Source: Botryllus schlosseri (taxonomy: Eukaryota). Taken from it: 64,000 nucleotides of DNA. Position numbers and translations under genes: made by a program. The first letter of the stretch is position 1; each line of letters opens with the position of its first letter. A model generated the notes under the pieces. It ran no database searches, had not been told where the DNA came from, and saw nothing but the letters and a program-made list of their open reading frames with translations. The stretch is taken from the NCBI GenBank assembly GCA_051294905.1, contig CM119371.1:39744001-39808000 (forward strand), given 5' to 3'. Below, one piece after another: positions 13,251 through 25,401 of the stretch.

Positions 13251-14473
13251 TACAAGAGGTCCCAAAATAACAACATATAACGAAGTCATACTAAGGGGTG
13301 GGCCTGCTCGAAGATGTTCAATTATTATTTACAGGACCTGCAGTTTCCAAGATACCCCGCTCAACTCTACCGGTAAATATGATTACGTGAGCAGAGAGCA
13401 CAAGACATTGATAGCAATATATATATGCAATCCCCGATCTTATTTACCGATTTCATCATGAATTATCGCAAACTTTTGCGCTCCGCCTGAATGAATGGTA
13501 CAGCTAATTTCATGGCAAGAGCTAGTAACGTCATTGGGAAGGTTGGTTTATCGCCCTATGGGAGCCCAAGACACAAGTTTTGGGGGTTTGACGAACTGCT
13601 GTTTCATTCCTGCCAACGCGTATACGCCTGAAGATGTTAAATTATTATTATCGAGGGGTCCTACCTTCTCAAACTCACCTCACTCAGGTCTAGGCTACTT
13701 GGTAAATCTCATCACGTGAGCAGGGAGAGCGGATACAAATTGATAGCAATATATATGCAATTTCCGATGATATTGGCCGATTCAATAATATTTAATTATT
13801 GGAATTTTTCGCGCTTGGCGCGTCTAGGCTAGAATAGCCGGCTCACTAAACGGACACTCAACGTAGATGACAATTGGTGACAAAGAGCGGATACTCGAAT
13901 GGTGTCTGGACGTCCAAATGTTCTCGTTTCTTGGGAATTTGTCCTCTTTTTTCCAAACTAAGTAATGAAATACGATCAAAAATCGGACTCAGACGCATCA
14001 AACGGTAGAGTTGGCAAAATAATTAACGAAAGATATGACCCGTTGGGAGTATATTTGCGAGAGAGAGAGATCTGAAAAATGAACTTACTAATCAACACCG
14101 ATATTGCAAGGCAAAAGCGGGTATTTCGGGAGTCGAATGGGGAAGCTCAATACTACTATTCAAAGAAATTCCAAATCACCTATTTACTTTCCACTATGAT
14201 AGCTTTAGGAATTATTGATTCGAGATTTACATAGAAACTGTGCGAAGAAGCCGATATGTTACAGCAAATGCCTTTAATTTAGAAATCCCGCCTATTTCGA
14301 GTGTCAAAAATCTGCTTTAGTGCCTATTCGGAACAGTTACGCTCAAACAACTATACTTAAAATATGCCACTCCTCGACTAAGTATAACATTACAAACAAC
14401 TTACTCCAAAACTTTCCAGTCGCTACTTTCTTCTTTTTCGCGTGTCTTTGACATCGTTATAGCTACTTGTAGT

Positions 14474-14894
14474 TAGGCTTACCATACGTCCTCTTTTAAG
14501 AGGTTTTGTCCTCTTTTTTGAAAGTGTCCTCGGAGGACGCCCTTCTGTCCTCTTTTCTGAGATTTTGTCCTCTTTTTTGAAAATTTAGGTCAGATTTAGA
14601 GCAAATTGCGAGTGATATAACGCAAATTAGCACAGAATTGAAGCTCCGGCGGGTATTTCGGAGTGAAAAACGGTGAATTTAGCTCTGAGCGAAGAGATGA
14701 CCTTTTTTTAGTCATCCACCTGGCAATGTGGAAAGAAAAATGGTATTTTGAGCTCTGAGCGGAAGAGATGACCTTTTTTTCTTAGTCAACCAATCACAGA
14801 GTGGGAGAAATTTGAGAATTCTACTCCGGTTTTGCAAGTTGCAAATTTCTGAAAAAGTGTCCTCTGTTTAGATTTCAAAAATATGGTAAGCCTA
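14474..14894. mobile_element. non-autonomous hAT-like MITE
   Basis: Perfect 13-bp TIR TAGGCTTACCATA...TATGGTAAGCCTA; perfect TSD CTTGTAGT (14466-14473 and 14895-14902); GTCCTC subterminal motifs. Confidence 0.93.
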
Positions 14895-15116
14895 CTTGTA
14901 GTGGACTCGAAACCAAAGACGTTATGCTTATTCTCGTCTACTAACGATGCATCATAGGCAGCACTCTAAACTAACGTAAGTTCCACACTAATGAATAGCA
15001 GCGGGGTCTGTATTGCACCAAATCCACAAGTTTTATTTGTGATGATCGCGTTAAAATAATAAGATATCAGGCAGCGGTTCTAATTTCCGAGTTCGGTTCA
15101 AATCAGATTTAACCAT

Positions 15117-17340
15117 TCATACACTTTCCCAGTCAGAATCACTCGAATATACACCATACGGACTGAACGATCTGTCGGGATCAACTTGTGAAAAGACGCC
15201 AGACGTGATTTCATCATCAGAGTGAAAGCTGCTATCATCTGTGCTGTTCACATTTTCCTAACCTTCACCTTCATCTTCTTCAATCATCATGCTGAATTCA
15301 TAGATCTGACACTCATGCACGGACGATTTGTCCGGCATTCGGCGTTTCCATAACAGCTACTTTCCGGCCCCAATCGTCCAAAGCGAGAGCGCACACTTGT
15401 TGTTTTACAGAGATAGAACCCAACGGTTCGTAATTCGACGAGTCGAAAGTGCGGATAGATGACGTCAAACCTAGCCGCTCTTCGGTGTCAATCTACGTGG
15501 CGTACATAACACCCCAGTTACGATTGAATATCAATAGGCATTGATCGACAGCAGGCACCGACTAAATCAATTTAAAATCTTTCGTATCCTAAACTTCAGC
15601 GTTTATGATCACTTCAAAACCGTTCGGGTGGAACACTCCGCTGACTGCATGGTTGAACTTATCAAATCATTGTATAGGCAATGTCTGGAGCTTTCGGACA
15701 TCCCAGAAACACCCGTCGCTTAGGACTAACCGGTCGTCGTACGAAAACGTGGCGTGATTTTTTTTGGTAGCAACATGACTGGTTGTCCTCTATATAGGCA
15801 TCAGCACTCACGTCATTTCCGTAGGTGTTGAAAGCCTTACCGGCGTTGAGGTCGTAGATAATTGCTTGGGTTGAGACACTCGTGGCGACTATTTTGTCTT
15901 GCACGGTCGTGGAAAATTCGACATTATCTATACTGTCAAAAGTTACCTTCAAGTCGAACGTATTGTCCATAGCTAAAAAAAAAAACCCGGTTGTGGGAAC
16001 ACCAGTTGAACGATAGGGTCAGCATCACGTCTCCGGCGTACGAGTGTTCGATGCTAATGATGGCCGATGCGATTGCTAATGATGCGATCTTCGAAGTTTG
16101 GCGCTTTGTGGAAGTGAAAATATCCAGCACTATCTCCTAGAACCAGCCCACAATCATCGCTGTGACTGAACGCAATGGATGAGAAGCGCTAATTTCGATC
16201 CCTGGTAGGCCGGATCTCCCCGGCAGGTCTGAATCGCCGGTAAATCATTCTACATCTGCGCCGCATACCGCCCCATTCAGGACAAACCCGATGTCGACAG
16301 TGTCGTTTTTGGATGTTGATCGATGCTCCAATTTTGTTCATGGGCTTGGAGCAACGGCGATGAGTGGAAAGAGAAAACGGAGGTATAGGTACTACCAGTT
16401 TTCTACACTCGAAGTGTTCGTGATTGCTGCATTCCTCGATGAGAGAATTGAGAGTAACACGTCGCGCTATATGATTACTTTCACTGAATTCCGACTTTTC
16501 CGCAATAAAAACTTTTGCTTGTTTCCAATTTTTTCACATATTGATGCGCGACAAAAAAGTTATCATCTGTATCTGGGAAAGTCCCAACCTCCAGTGTCCA
16601 GTATGGATCCGACAAAAACAGAAAAATCCAAATAATCAAGAGATATTCCGCATTATTATACCGCATGCGAGTCTTCTAGGCAACATTACTTGTCATTATT
16701 GCCTTTCAGTCAGCGTGTGTAATTGCTTTCTCGTTACGATTCTTTTCAAGAGTAAGTTCACATTGTTGCAAAACTTAACCTTGACGTGTAGCTGTTTCTT
16801 GTCTTCGGGATAGCTTCATGTAATTTGCTGGTCAAGACGTGAAGCTTTTATAAGATCTCACGTACTGGACGGTATTCGGCAAGACCTACGAGCGCCTTAC
16901 AAGCTAAGTAACGGGTTTTGTCTGCCGTACGTGCCGGCTTGGTGACACCTAACAAAGATAGCAGGGTGTGTATGCCGTGCGCCTATACCGAACGATTTTC
17001 CACAATGATTCTTTAACTTCACGTTTCTTGTTTTTATACCATGGTGCGGCGTGCACTTTCAAAGGTTCAGTGACACCTCTGTTTTCAGTACCAGTAAATT
17101 CAGTACAATTTACGAAAACAGCAATGGTTGAATTTACAGAAACCCATCCGTGTAGCTGGCGTCATTAATGTTAAGAAAAGTTTCAATCAAGTTTAGTACG
17201 ACATTGATTCCGATCACATCCAATCCAAAATCAGGGTAACATTCCGTAAGTGTGCTTTGACAACATAATACATAATTCTACGCATACAGAAAACGAATCT
17301 ACCTAAGACACGCGCGGATTTTTTATAAGCCCATCACTGA
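15117..17340 (-). pseudogene. DCAF1: DCAF1/VprBP-like pseudogene (C-terminal ~700 codons: LisH region, WD40 repeats, acidic tail), intronless, many stops and frameshifts
   Basis: Colinear minus-strand peptides match my recollection of animal DCAF1: [131 protein letters not shown], then an acidic tail ending TGA at 15119-15117. Minus-strand AATAAA at 15037-15032. Confidence 0.88.
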
Positions 17341-17351
17341 AATAATTTAAA

Positions 17352-17585
17352 CAGGAGTGGCCAATCTGAAATCACACTCGTGATCCGAATTATGTCAATC
17401 TCATTTAGGACTTCTGTGTTTAGCAGATGAAACCTTTCAAACTGCGTGGGCCTTGTGATCGGAAATTGAACATAAAAAACATAGAAAGTATTTACCTCAG
17501 AACAGTTTCTTTAGACTCTCGCGGGCCGCACAGAACGGTGTTGCAGGCCGCATGCGGCCCGCAGGCCGTAGTTTGCCCACCCCTG
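17352..17585. mobile_element. hAT Charlie/Buster-like MITE
   Basis: CAGGAGTGGCCAA...TTGCCCACCCCTG with GCGGGCCGC motifs; no clear TSD; abuts the upstream end of the DCAF1 remnant. Confidence 0.6.
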
Positions 17586-17599
17586 CTCCAGACGCTAGG

Positions 17600-19213
17600 C
17601 TAGACTAGACCTACCTCGCAGCAGGATAATAATCGCCGCTCTGCTTAGTTTCAAATAGTAGATTATGTATTGATAGATGTCTGGTTATGATTGGTTAAAC
17701 GCTGCTTGACCGCTGTTCCTTGGTGTGCGGTAGGTCTATGTACGTACGTATGTACACCGGGCAAAGATTTGAAACTTTGTACTCGTCAAAGAAGAAACAT
17801 TACGATTTACACAATGAAGCATTACAATCAGCAGCTTCTGATATATATCACAACCGAGCCGTTGTTTGCCGTTTATCGCAACGGCAGCGTGGAGTATACT
17901 GTGTATCTGTATTAAGTGGAAGGCAGAATTTTATGCTCACTATATCTTTTTCCCGTACGACTCTGGAACGGGCGGCAATCGTTAATTCACAATTCATTAC
18001 CCAAAATTTGGACCTGCCGCCAAAGCCATCCGCTCATACACATGTTAGCTTGTATTGTAGTTGGAATCAGCTCCAAAACAGCACCCCCCCCCCCACACAC
18101 ACACACACATGTAGGCCTTGGGACCCATAGGTTGGTCAATTTTCAGGTTGATGACTGAATTTCGTCAGAATATTCGTAATTGCAATTTATCACTATTCAT
18201 TTATAATCCTCTCTCTCAATCCCCCTCCCCCCGATGGTCAGATTTACCGGTAGAGCGGCTAGACTAGAGGCGCGTAACTTATATTTATAACAGCTGGTTT
18301 GTTGTTGTAATTACCTTATTGTATGTTGTTAATTCGTGACCTCCCGTCTGTTATTATATCAATAAAATATGTGGCAGACTAAAGTTTCGTGAGACTCCCT
18401 CGCAAATTGTCATGTATTCATTCCTCTGTGCGTTCCCCGGTAGCATTTGTATTGTGGGGCTCAGATTGGAAGGACAGGACGATTTGCTACGCCTATCCAG
18501 CGCGGTTATTGACAATGGACACATACCCGAAGTTTCGGCCTAGATCTTTCTTTGGTAGCACACTTCGTGGAGTAGCATGTTGGCCGAAGCATGCATTGGT
18601 CTTTTGGTGTGTCGTGGTGCGGTAATAATGACCAGCACCGAAATACCCATTCATATAAATTAGGCATGCTTTTTTTCATGAGGGAGTGACGTATGCATTA
18701 CAGAATCAAGTTATCTAGAGACATTAAATCACGAAGCTCGAAGAAAATTTTCAAGTTAATCAAATCTCGCGAAACTATCCTATAATTTATGTTGATCTAT
18801 ACGAAATACTTTTGAGCCCCCTTCGGACTCGCTCCCCACCCTATTGGGGAGTTAGGGTGCGGCACTTACGGACCTGGCAAGAATGCAAATCGGCGGGTGC
18901 GATAAATCGTACCCTATAAAGTGGGACATTGGATAGATTATGACGTAACAAGCAAATTACGTATTATCTGTAAGGAAAGTTGTTATCTCATTACGCCTTT
19001 TCATCGCAATCCTGATATTGTCTTCCAATATATCTTGGAAGATTAGTTCTAAGAGGCTAACTAAATGTAATCGCGAGTAATCGTGATTACTTTTCCAATG
19101 TAATCGTAATCGACTACCTCCTGATTTTGCTGCAATCGTAATCGCAATCGCGTGATTCGGAAGTAATCGTAATCGCAATCGATTACATTCATGAGGTAAT
19201 CACCCCATGTCTG
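17600..19213. mobile_element. truncated copy (right part) of the CAGACATGGGG element at 41328-44429
   Basis: Colinear similarity to ~42390-44429, including the GTAATC array and the CCCCATGTCTG terminus; lacks the SINE found in the other copy. Confidence 0.8.
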
Positions 19214-20387
19214 GTTAGCTATCGTCTTCCCTTATATGCGATATTATGTCAAGCAATGAAAGATGAGACTGAAAGCCGCCATTTCAACAAAATTTGAAGC
19301 GGTAAATCGGTATTTTTTGTTTGTGGTGAGCACCGAGAAGGACTTCGAATTCAAGGAATATAATTTGAGTCGGCATTATGAAAAAATTCATGCTGTGAAT
19401 ATGCACACTTGACTGATGCTAGCCTAATAGGAAAGCCAGCAAAACAGCAAGGCACTTCCCCAAGCCACACAGAGCTAGGAACGCAGCCACTAATAATACA
19501 TCCACTTAGCAGAATGTACCAACACACTAATCCACTGCTATCAATTTAGAAAGTTAGTTAAGGTTATGTTAGTTAAGGTTATGTTGTACTGCACGCCGCA
19601 CAACATAACCTTAACTTTTTTTCAGGGTCCGCATTTTCGTCTTCATATCTGCCCCGCCGCGAAAAATAATTCCATCATCGAAGAGAGTGGCTGCAGAACC
19701 TACCAAGATTCGTTTGTTACCGTGAACCTCTAAATCTATGAGGTTCACACACAGAACGCGAACGTGAACCTCACGTTCATACCTTACCTAGAAAATTATC
19801 CTTCCCCGAGAATTGCCATTTATACATCCTTTCTATGCCATAACGTGGGAAAGGTAAATCGCGTAATGTATACCAAAGCCTGCTTGTCACTATAATTATC
19901 AAGTACTTGATGAATACGAGGTAATATTCGTCACAAAAGGTTGTTAATGCCGATGCCGATCCAATCGTAGAAAAGAAAGGGATTTTCTGGAAAGGAGACA
20001 TTGTTTTCGTCGTACTCCCTACTCGATTTCATGTAAATAGATATCTTTTATATGTATAAGGCTAAACATCATTAGTTCGGCAGTTAAATTACTTTTGCAA
20101 GGCTTGTGGCCTCATCCTAAAAAGCCCAGCATTACAAGATAGGTGAAAACGATGGCTGCCCTGAGTTTAACATATAGTTAGTCTGTAACAGAAATAGTGT
20201 AAAATATATGTTTCTCACGTCAAATCAAATCCCATCTCATGTCAAACAAATTAGTTGTATGCAAGTGAGTGCAATGGTAATTTATATGGATCAATATCAG
20301 TGAATAACAGTGAATACTTGACGCCGCGATGTTTTGTTTCGGTACAATTACAGGAAGATCTAACTTAAACCGCAGACAGGATGGAAG

Positions 20388-21666
20388 CAGAGGTGGTCAG
20401 TAGCGAAGTACTTTTACTTTTTTGAAGTACTCAAGTAGTTTTCCTCTACTTCTGGTACTTACTCAAGTACAACTGAATTTCATTACTTCTACTTCTAATT
20501 CATAATATTTTGTGATCTGCTTACTTACTTTACGCTATTTTCAGTTTGTCTATTTTCAGTTTGTCAAGTAAAAGTAGCTTAATCCTCCAATCAGGAAGAA
20601 AGCCTGATAAATTTCGGGGCTGTTTTCATGGAGTATCGAGTTTAATTTTCATGAAAGTTGAGTTAAGCCCACTTCACGCGCGGAGTATCCAGTATGATTT
20701 CACGAAAGTATTGCTGAATATAATTTAGCGAGCGGGTTGGCGTGGTTCCGTTCACACCGTATTGTAACCCTTCGCCTTATCGAATATTTCCTCACAGTAT
20801 AGATGGCTTATCATAACGTTTGAAACTGATGTTTCGTAATCTAGCATTTACTTATCATACCGTAATCTAGCTGTCCATGGCGTGTCCTAATCTGGAAAAG
20901 TGGACTCTGACTTTTTTACCTTTAGAACTGTTTTAGCATACCAACTTTCGAAACTTTTTTGATTAAAGACATTAAATACATGTTCGGTTTTTACATTGAT
21001 ATTTTACTTTCAATTCCCAGTATCATATATTTTGATTTCGAATTAATGTCAGTTCTTTTGTCTGCATAACGTACACCTTGAAGTATAAAAATAAGTGTGG
21101 TAATTCCTTCAATTTCCAGAAATAAAGCGACACAATACAGCATTTTTACGGTTCACCATATTTTTTTATTAACGTTTACTAATCGCACAAAGTGTTTACA
21201 CCGCATCCAACACAACATCTCCGTATTGCTCTTCGACTAAACTAAAGGCCTTATAATATGGGGGAGTGCGCAATACAATGATATTTTCTAAAACGTGCTG
21301 TTTGAGTAAACATAGGATTATTATCGCATTTCCATATCAATACTATCATTTTCATCCCATGATGTGGACGAATGCTTATGCTATCGAAAATTTGATACCT
21401 GCTGATATGCATCAATATGAATCAAGCTCGTCAACTTTCGCATAGCTCAATTTGCACCTTTTTATATTCCATGTGAACGAATTAGGATCGTTTTCATAAC
21501 TACTTACTTACTTGAGTACTTTAAAGTCAGTCAATTCGACTTCTACTTCAATTAGTTTTAGGTTGTTCATGGAAGAAGTACTTCTACTCGTACTTGACTA
21601 GATTTTTTTTCGTTGCTACTTGTACTTCTACTCGAGTAGCTTTCTTGACTACTTTGAACACCTCTG
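20388..21666. mobile_element. non-autonomous hAT-like element, CAGAGGTG family
   Basis: CAGAGGTGGTCA...TGAACACCTCTG; TSD GATGGAAG/AATGGAAG (7/8); TACTT/AAGTA subterminal arrays. Degraded relatives occur near 45355, 46420 and 63340-63487. Confidence 0.85.
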
Positions 21667-22899
21667 AATGGAAGCAAGCTAATTTCGTGAAATATACGCT
21701 GAGACACATTGTCAAGTTTTCTACAAGCTTATGAGGGTTCCGTTTGAAGATTCCATTGACGAAAGAACTGCTGCATATCTCTAATTTACTATTTTAGCTC
21801 ACATATTTGAAATAACATGAATTTATGTAGGTCATATTACGCGCAGCTTCAGTTTGTTCACAAACCGTTCTTTGCCGTCCCTATGTTCCGGAGAATAGCA
21901 TATATATTATCCAATCTAGCGGGCACCCTACCAACTCACCGAAGTGCTACTACATGTCAGTGTATTCCTAATATCTTATACGGTTTCCTACGTGACGTTC
22001 GGGTGTACAGGTCGATATTTTGAATCGGTGTGTTGCGTGACTCAGCTTGCAATTGCTTTCGTAGTAAAAGTAAACTGGACGTTTCGCGAACTGAGCAATT
22101 TTGTTGCATTAGTTTTTATTCACTGTGAACATGCGACGCGTAAAGCATGTTTAGGCCAGCTAAAATATCCTTGAACTGCATCAATGACACTATGTCTTAA
22201 TTCACATTATGAACGTTGCAACGTAATGACATAACGATCCACCGACACATTGGTAAAATAGAAAGTAAAGCCCACACCAGTGGCATGCGCGGATTATATT
22301 CGTAAAAGCAATTTACTGGATAATCAGTATTTCAGATTAACCTTTGCATTCTTAAAAGCTGGATAATCAGTTATTTGCAACATGGCTATTGCCTTACCAA
22401 TGCGATCATTTTACACGCTTACGGTCTTATTATGGACATATATATGCGATTTTCGTCATTACATCATGTTTCAATCATCAACCAAATTACGACATCGGTG
22501 GCCGTGGCAAATGCTGATCAAGAACAACACTGCTCTGCTGGTATCCGAACATTTGGACATTGCAGATAGCATCGTTTATTTCGCTTTATAAATAGTATCG
22601 TTTGAGACATCAAGGTATGGCAATGGTAGCATGCCAAGCATATCTGGTATATTATGTAGTTCTATTGCAAGTATGAGCTTTTGTGTAATTATCTGCTGGG
22701 CCAGATCTGCCACTATTGTAAAAACTTTAATGCAGTGGTTCCCAGCTTTTTTCCACTCACGTATTATTTCGAGTTTTTATGCAGAGCTCGCGTACCACCT
22801 GCATAAGTTACGCTTGCCGAAGGCAATCAAATACTTATTCAGCAATGATGCCGTCATATTTACGTATCCGACCTATGCGAGGCGTAATAACCGTATCCG

Positions 22900-23040
22900 G
22901 TCAATACCGAGAATGCTATTACTGAGAAGGATAATACCGAGAATGGACATAACCGAGAATGGACAATACCGACAATGGACATTACCGAGAACAGACAATA
23001 CCGAGAATGCTATTACCGAGAATGGCTATTAACGAGAATA
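22900..23040. repeat. short tandem array of ~16-17-bp ACCGAGAATG(GACA/CTA)T units
   Basis: About eight degenerate units; the same motif, starting TCAATACCGAGAA, recurs at ~25622-25684 and ~26034-26080, and inverted at ~25795-25856. Confidence 0.75.
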
Positions 23041-23154
23041 CTATCACTGTTTGCTCCAGTTGATACATTTGGACATTTGGTGACGCTTAAAAAGTCAATA
23101 TGTACTTCATCATGGTGGACCGAGTCGTCGCCAGGTATCGTGTACACTGGAATG

Positions 23155-23280
23155 TAGGGTTAGAATTGGCAATATGACGTCACGTGATGCCATGGGTTCA
23201 CAATCACGTTCACACAGAACCTTTCAAAAAGGTTCGCGTTCATACGAAACTGAAATTTTGAAAGGTTCGCTCTATCCCTA
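23155..23280. mobile_element. short MITE-like repeat (TAGGG...CCCTA)
   Basis: Similar copy at ~12237-12361 (GCAATATGACGTC..GTGA..GTTCACACAGAACC); no convincing TSD. Confidence 0.5.
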
Positions 23281-24714
23281 CTTTATTCAACCACTAGGCA
23301 GCTGCAATAACATATTACGGCACAATATGCCAATACCGACGGACACATAACCTTATGACAAAACTGCGACAAATTGATAACGCCTTACAAAGCCTAATTA
23401 TAGCCTATATAATCGGAAAAAATGGATATGTCTACTTATGTTCCCCACTCCTGTCAACAACGCCAGAAAATAAATATCGCAATTCCTCAAAATTATCACG
23501 ATTTTCTCTCAGCTAGAGTTCTGCACGAATATTTCGAAACGAGTCCCTCGTGGCGCTTGTTGTATTCTCATTCAAGCTACTAATAAATTGACACGCATTG
23601 CGAAGTCAACCTTACTATAAGCAACTTGCTGCAACGGTGTCCTCATCACTGTATTGCTTATCCTCATACTGCATCGACCAAGTAATAGTGTTCTTAATCC
23701 AGAATTTTACGCCCTATGCGTTAGAATAGCTATCGGTAACGTTGCTACGATCGCTGCATATAATTCTAACGCGGTATCCGTCACAATCCAGGAAGTTAGT
23801 CTAGCGTGCAAATCCTTAGTTTATATTGAGGATAGAATCATCGGTATATTTGCTTGGCACGCCCGAGTACGAGATATTGCACTGGTTCTCTGAGAATCAA
23901 GACGCTGGAAAGGCGTTACGCACATTGGTATTCACTGAAACGTGTCGACAAGCTAGTTCAAGTATATATAGTATATAGTATATATACTTCAAAAATGTTA
24001 ATCGCTCCTAATTCGTGAACAATAGCATAAAGAAATTTCGATCTCGTCTCGATCCCAACATCGAAAGTGCCTTAAATGATTAATTTGCTCATCCCATTAC
24101 GTTACATTTTTAACTCCCCTCTAAAGGCATCACGTTTATGAGTAAAAAAGTTGTAATATGCGCACATGTGTAAATATCTGTATTTCCTGATAACTGAATA
24201 TATTCCTAAAATTTCTTGTGGATGCTTACAAATCGAGGAAATTCTATTTCAAATCTATTTGCTATAGTTCTTTTCGGGTCCGGCCCTTCTGTATCCACTT
24301 GAGGTTTTGAAATGTCATGGAAATCGTTACTTGTACTTGTGGTTTGCTACACTATGTCGCTACTTTCACATCTATTCGACCAGGAACGATGGCTATTTCG
24401 ACCACCTTTGCTTGTAATGCTTGCGACAAGTATGTAGTCATTATAAGCTAAATATCATATGCGCTGTCACCCGACTATGGGTTTTGAAGAGACTGCATGC
24501 GCAAATTTGGTCGTGCTTCAGGCGTTCTAGCCGTGAACTATCGCCACCGCAATTAACTGCAATTAACTGCAATTCTACTGTATTAGAGCGTTTGTTTTGT
24601 ATCGTTACTACCGTATCTTACCCGTCTACTAGTTGTTTGTTTCTGTTATTATTACGTCATAGACACAAAATAGTTTTTACATTTCGAATTTGATCCACTC
24701 CATCACTGACTTTC

Positions 24715-24748
24715 GCTACTGATGAGAGTCGGTCGAAAGGCTTTTAGC
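24715..24748 (+). ncRNA. minimal type I hammerhead ribozyme motif (Penelope-like pLTR type)
   Basis: GCTA-CTGATGA-GAGTCGGTC-GAAA-GGCT-TT-TAGC: stem I GCTA/TAGC, cores CUGAUGA and GAAA, 2-bp stem II GA/TC, followed by AATAAA. Confidence 0.65.
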
Positions 24749-25401
24749 AAATAAATTAACATTATGAAGTTATTGTTTCGCGTTAAACCAAAATCATTGA
24801 GCACCATTCTTTGATCTGCGTTGACCCAAGACGTTGGAAGCAACGAGGTAATTGTTGATGGTGAACGGATGTCAAAGCGTCTGCGGCCAATGTCTTACTT
24901 GGAGCGGCGTCACACCATCGCAGTGATAAGACATATGATGTGATCTGCGAACGCTCTATCCTACAACAGATCAAGACGCATGTCACTCCGTGTTTGTGGT
25001 GGTGTTTAAATTTGCGCGCGACTTTCAATTCGCCATCACTGACATGAGAGAAATATGTTAGATGGACTTTCACGAAGCTGTGCAGCATATCACGAGCGAC
25101 TGCGTGGAACGACTTCATCGCCACATTTCAGCCCCCCCCCCCCCAAAAAAAAAAAACATGTTTCATGTTGAGTCGCGTGAATAGCGTACTAGATGCGGCA
25201 TAAAATTGTAGCATTCACACTCTTATCACCATGAAACTCGCGCTCGCTCGCTCTAGTATCATTAAAATCGCAAATACCGTTCCGTAAGTTACGAACAAGT
25301 GACGATAGGATGATGCGTTGGGTTGTGGAATCACTATTTTGTTCATCGGATCTATAACGTAAGAACCAGAAGACTTTAATTGTATAGTAGATAATTTTGA
25401 T

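Noticed and set aside
22631..23032. 133-aa ORF with repetitive C-terminus
   Set aside because: Made of a MITE fragment plus the ACCGAGAATG tandem array; not protein-like.
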